From Bugula neritina (lineage: Eukaryota; Animalia; Bryozoa): a DNA stretch of 64,000 nt. Positions 60,301 through 64,000 of this stretch are shown here, one piece after another. The position numbers and the translations under genes were made by a program. How positions within the stretch are numbered: position 1 is the stretch's first letter; each line of letters begins with the position of its first letter. The stretch lies in contig OZ037765.1 in the NCBI GenBank assembly GCA_964035545.1, positions 21,328,995 through 21,392,994 on the forward strand, written 5' to 3'. Under the pieces are notes generated by a model that was not told the origin of the DNA, ran no database searches, and worked only from the letters and a program-made list of their open reading frames with translations.

Positions 60301-63300
60301 TAGAATAAAGAATGTTATTGTGATTGTATCAGAAAGCATAGATATTTTTATAGATGCCATTACATGCACTTTGACCAAGTTGCACAATCTTATTTAAAAT
60401 ATGTACGTGTTGCTAATTAGTTTTGATATTAGCACTTGTATCCCAGTAAGTATGTTAATCAGCGCCCACTGAATACTGAGACTGCTGCTGTGAGTAATGA
60501 GTAGTTAGTTGTTTTACTCACTGCCCTGTATCTGCCAGTTGATATCCAGTAACTTGTGAACTTGTTGATGTGTAACATAGTTTGCACTATACTGATAGGC
60601 CTACTGGTGATGTAATCAGTGGAACGGAATAGCTAACCTTTAAACTGTTTTGTTGAATCATATATTTATAGAATGCCATTTGTTTATATTATATTTAAAG
60701 AGTTTTAGGTTTTAGTATTGTGGAGTTTAGAAATATTATGTTAGTCAAGCTCCCCTAATGTGTTGATGTAGCAATAATAAATGTTATTCAACAGACTTCC
60801 TTAGTTCTATGAAGGTGGTTCCTAGAGTTTGACTGTCTTCATTTTGTAGACGAACAAAATAATGTGTCCACTGAAAAATCCAGTTCTAGTCCTTCAGCCA
60901 ACACCACATTTGCTAGCAAACCACCCACAACTAGCACCACATTTGCTAGCAAACCACCCACAACTAACACTACATATGCTAGCAAACCAGCCACAGATGC
61001 CCTGAAAGCCACAGGTTAGCAAGTTGTTACTGTTTTGACAGTCAAAAGAAATTTTACCGACCATAGCACCATGTTGCATCATCTGTAAATTGAATATTGA
61101 CATATAATGTATGAGTTGGTTGAAAATCCAAGTGAGGCTAATCTTAGAAGATTATACTCACTTCTGCATATTGCGCAATGCTAGTGAACAGGCAGAGTAG
61201 ATCAGTGGACTTGTATTTATGGCAGGTGATTCATCGGAGTTCATGTCTCTAGTGCCAACCTCGGTCGATGATGTCACAACGCCTGAACCATCCACCGAAG
61301 AGGCGACCCAAAATATACCAAGTGTTGTGGAATTTGCAGCTAAAAAGGAGGTTGATGACTCATCTCAGTTACTCAAATCACTTACATCAGCAGTTGATAA
61401 GAAATCACCAGTGGAGCAAGTAAAACGTATGCATATAGATCTACCTTGTTAAAATTCAGTCTTCAAACATTTAAGGGCGTGAAATTTCCTCATGAAATGC
61501 TATCATACAACTGTATTATCTAGACTCTAGATTCTAGATAATAACTAATAATATCATCTAGAGTTGCTAATTCTTATCATGTGGCACTTGTAGAAGTTGA
61601 GAAGAAGTCTGCTTCAAGACCTGTTTCACCGGCGCCAGATAAGACCGCGAGAGGCCGAACAGGAAGTGTACATAGAAAGAGAAGACAACCAGCAGCTACG
61701 TCATCAACAAATCAAACTGCTGAGCAACCGGTAAGCAGTTTTCCGCACGTCTTCCTTTTGTTGATATTAAACATGCACGTTTTGTTGCTTATTTTGGTCA
61801 TACATTTATGAATTTTTAATTTTGAGTTATTTGATCTACAAATTTGGCATCAATTCTTTTAAACATTATCCATTACCCATTCTTTTACCCACTGAAGAAA
61901 GTACAATGGAATAATAGACCGAAATTGTAATGCCAACTAGCGGCCCTTAACTAGGTTATACAGTGCCAGGTTGCTGAACCTGCCATCAATACATAGTCGT
62001 GTAATGTTCGTTTGAAATGCAATATGGTGGAAGAGCTGCTTGCATTGATTATTCAGGCTCAGGCAGACGGTGACAACTCATCAGATTCTATTAGTTCCAA
62101 CGCGAGTACGACTAGAGCCAGCAGGTCTAGGAACAAACAGAACAATCCTACAAACACACAAACTGATGATGAGCCTCCTCCTGTTAGAGAAACGAGGAGA
62201 AAAGCTATGCTGAAAGAAAGAGTAAGCATCTTTCCTTCTAGTTCAAAGACAAGGTTATGTATTTAACTGATGGCATATAAAGTACAGAGCTTAATTAGCA
62301 TGCTTAACTCTTACTCGTGTAATAAAGGAAATAACGTGAATGTACTTTTTATGGTCAAGTCATTTCCATCATATGCCAATATTTTTGCATTACAATTGTG
62401 TTGTTTGCCTTCAAGCTGTTGCATATGCAAATGCGTAAGCAATGTTTTACATTATGTGTGTTCGCTAACAATACGTTATCTCGTTATAATTTGGAAAGAC
62501 TAACTTGGTAGACTTTTATTAGGCAGCCGCAAACTCTCCTTCAGCTGACAAACTAGTCAAATCTGGATCTCAGAAAGTCCCGCCCCTCACCATTAAACTC
62601 CCGGGAAACAAATCTCCTTCTGCACCAACTTCTAAAGACTCGAGTAATAGTTCCGCAGCAGCTGGCGGTGAACTGCTCTCCAACTTGCAGGATAAGGAAG
62701 CTGAGCGAAATAATAATCCTCCAACTAAAGGTATTTTCTATATGCTGTATAGCCTATTAGGTAAAATGTCATCAACATTAACATAATGTTTGTTCTAATT
62801 GACAGCTCAAAAAGTAATTCTATTCGATTGCCTTCAGGTTTAGCTGTGATTGACAATAAATAATAAGTATTATATAGCTGAAAAATAATTTATTATCTCC
62901 CATTATCTATTGTATGCGTGTCGAGATTTTGTGACTAATAGGTTGCTATCAAGAAACTTTGTTAAATTAACTCAGATAAACTTGCAGCACTGAATCAATT
63001 TTCCCAATTTTATGTTGTATTATTTAATTATTTTATGGTTTTTTCTGATGAAAATATCGACTGCTTTAACTACCTTACAACTGAACTATGTGTTATTACT
63101 AACAGAGCGATCTAAAGACTCGGGCAGTCCTGATGCGGAAGAGAGCTTAGATAAGGGTGACACTACCATTGCACAAGCTAGTCTCGCTCAGACTGTTACC
63201 AGCACTGCAAGTGGCAATGTAGTCACTACCTCCGTCTCCACCGGCGTTACTACAAGACGCACTCTTAGATCTCATACTAACAGAAACCAGAATAATGGTG

Positions 63301-64000
63301 AGTCTGTTTGGCATATATCTATTTCTATTACGTAATTTCTGTTTAATTTGGTCCAGGTGTGCTGAGATGGTGATGATGCCCATTTGCATAATGTCATTTG
63401 TGCATTATCTTGAAACAAGCCAGCATACATCTATTTCAGTTGGAGATAAACTAGAAGATCATGCACCACCTAGAAAAAGTAAGAGAATGATGAAAGCTGA
63501 GCCGCCTGCACCGGCCCCTCAAGCACCCAGTTTTCCTCCACCTCCTGGTCCACTCACCATATTCAACCCATATAATCTTTTTAAAGATGTCCGAGAACAG
63601 GTATGTTTTTGACATTAATATTGAAATAGGTAAAATGTTCACAAATAATAAATGTGTATATACGTAACTTTTTGGCTTATTTTTTTGCATGGAAGTTATA
63701 TATGAATATAATACGAATATCTAAGAAGCTAGAGAAAGTTAGTAATTGTATCGCGTACTTTTTCTAAGTTCCAAATTGAAAATTTGCTGAAAACTATTAC
63801 TTTTTAAAGCCCATTACTCCTTAGACCTTATGTTCAGTTGTTCCTATTGTTGCTCCTATTTATATAGCAGTATTCAATTGTTTATGGTTTAGCTATGTAA
63901 GAAGTGGGAAAGAATAGCAACAGTTGCACCAAGAGCACCAGCAGGTTATCCCAGTTATATGATAAACACTAAAAAGTATTTATTGATGAAAAATGCTGGC
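51365..64000 (+). CDS. ANKRD11: Ankyrin repeat domain-containing protein 11/12 orthologue, 3' end outside the window
   Basis: Exons, central ones approximate: 51365-51442, 51854-52036, 52548-52812, 53168-53310, 53415-53808, 59108-59308, 59733-59907, 60850-61014, 61227-61426, 61594-61730, 62057-62221, 62523-62730, 63106-63297, 63440-63600, 63893 onward. Signatures: PLSERQQMAIALAMSAQES, KVNRRNEKGESPLH, AGWTALHEACN, GLDNDTPLHDAAINGH and the C-terminal NPY...APRAPAGY...YLL block. ANKRD11 versus ANKRD12 cannot be resolved. Confidence 0.88.
56695..57066. repeat. Intronic degenerate minisatellite (CTGTACA/CTACTA units, about 30-bp higher-order period)
   Basis: Recurring ACTGTACTGTACACTGTACTACTACA. 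Confidence 0.9.
60900..60995 (+). repeat. Coding 33-bp tandem repeat x3 (TTFASKPPTT[S/N])
   Basis: CCACATTTGCTAGCAAACCACCCACAACTA repeated with period 33 inside an ANKRD exon. Confidence 0.85.

Overview
AT-rich genomic DNA from an animal, probably an invertebrate, with spliceosomal introns. Seven host genes were reconstructed by eye. In order: (1) a 16-exon Patched-domain/NPC1-like sterol-sensing transporter (+, 769-26392); (2) a four-TM LAPTM/DUF4728-like gene (-); (3) LSM10 and (4) DCAKD, only 162 bp apart and apparently on one transcription unit; (5) an unrecognised 8-exon gene (-) with a consensus RFX X-box in its promoter; (6) a selenoprotein MsrB1 (SelR/SelX); (7) an ANKRD11/12 orthologue running off the right edge. 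Intron 2 of the first gene is inflated to about 15.9 kb by transposons. These include an intact, very young Ty3/Gypsy element (718-bp LTRs that look identical, TTAT TSD, tRNA-Leu PBS, -1 frameshift signal, and a Pol carrying an extra ~500-aa C2H2 zinc-finger tail) and a decayed Academ-type DNA transposon. The most striking item is MsrB1. It has an in-frame UGA at the catalytic position, a candidate non-canonical CC-loop SECIS in the 3' UTR, and a last exon ending in KKSTKQICCVIL*. That ending predicts a lipid-anchored (CaaX) selenoenzyme. All gene models and family calls are manual and unverified by any search.
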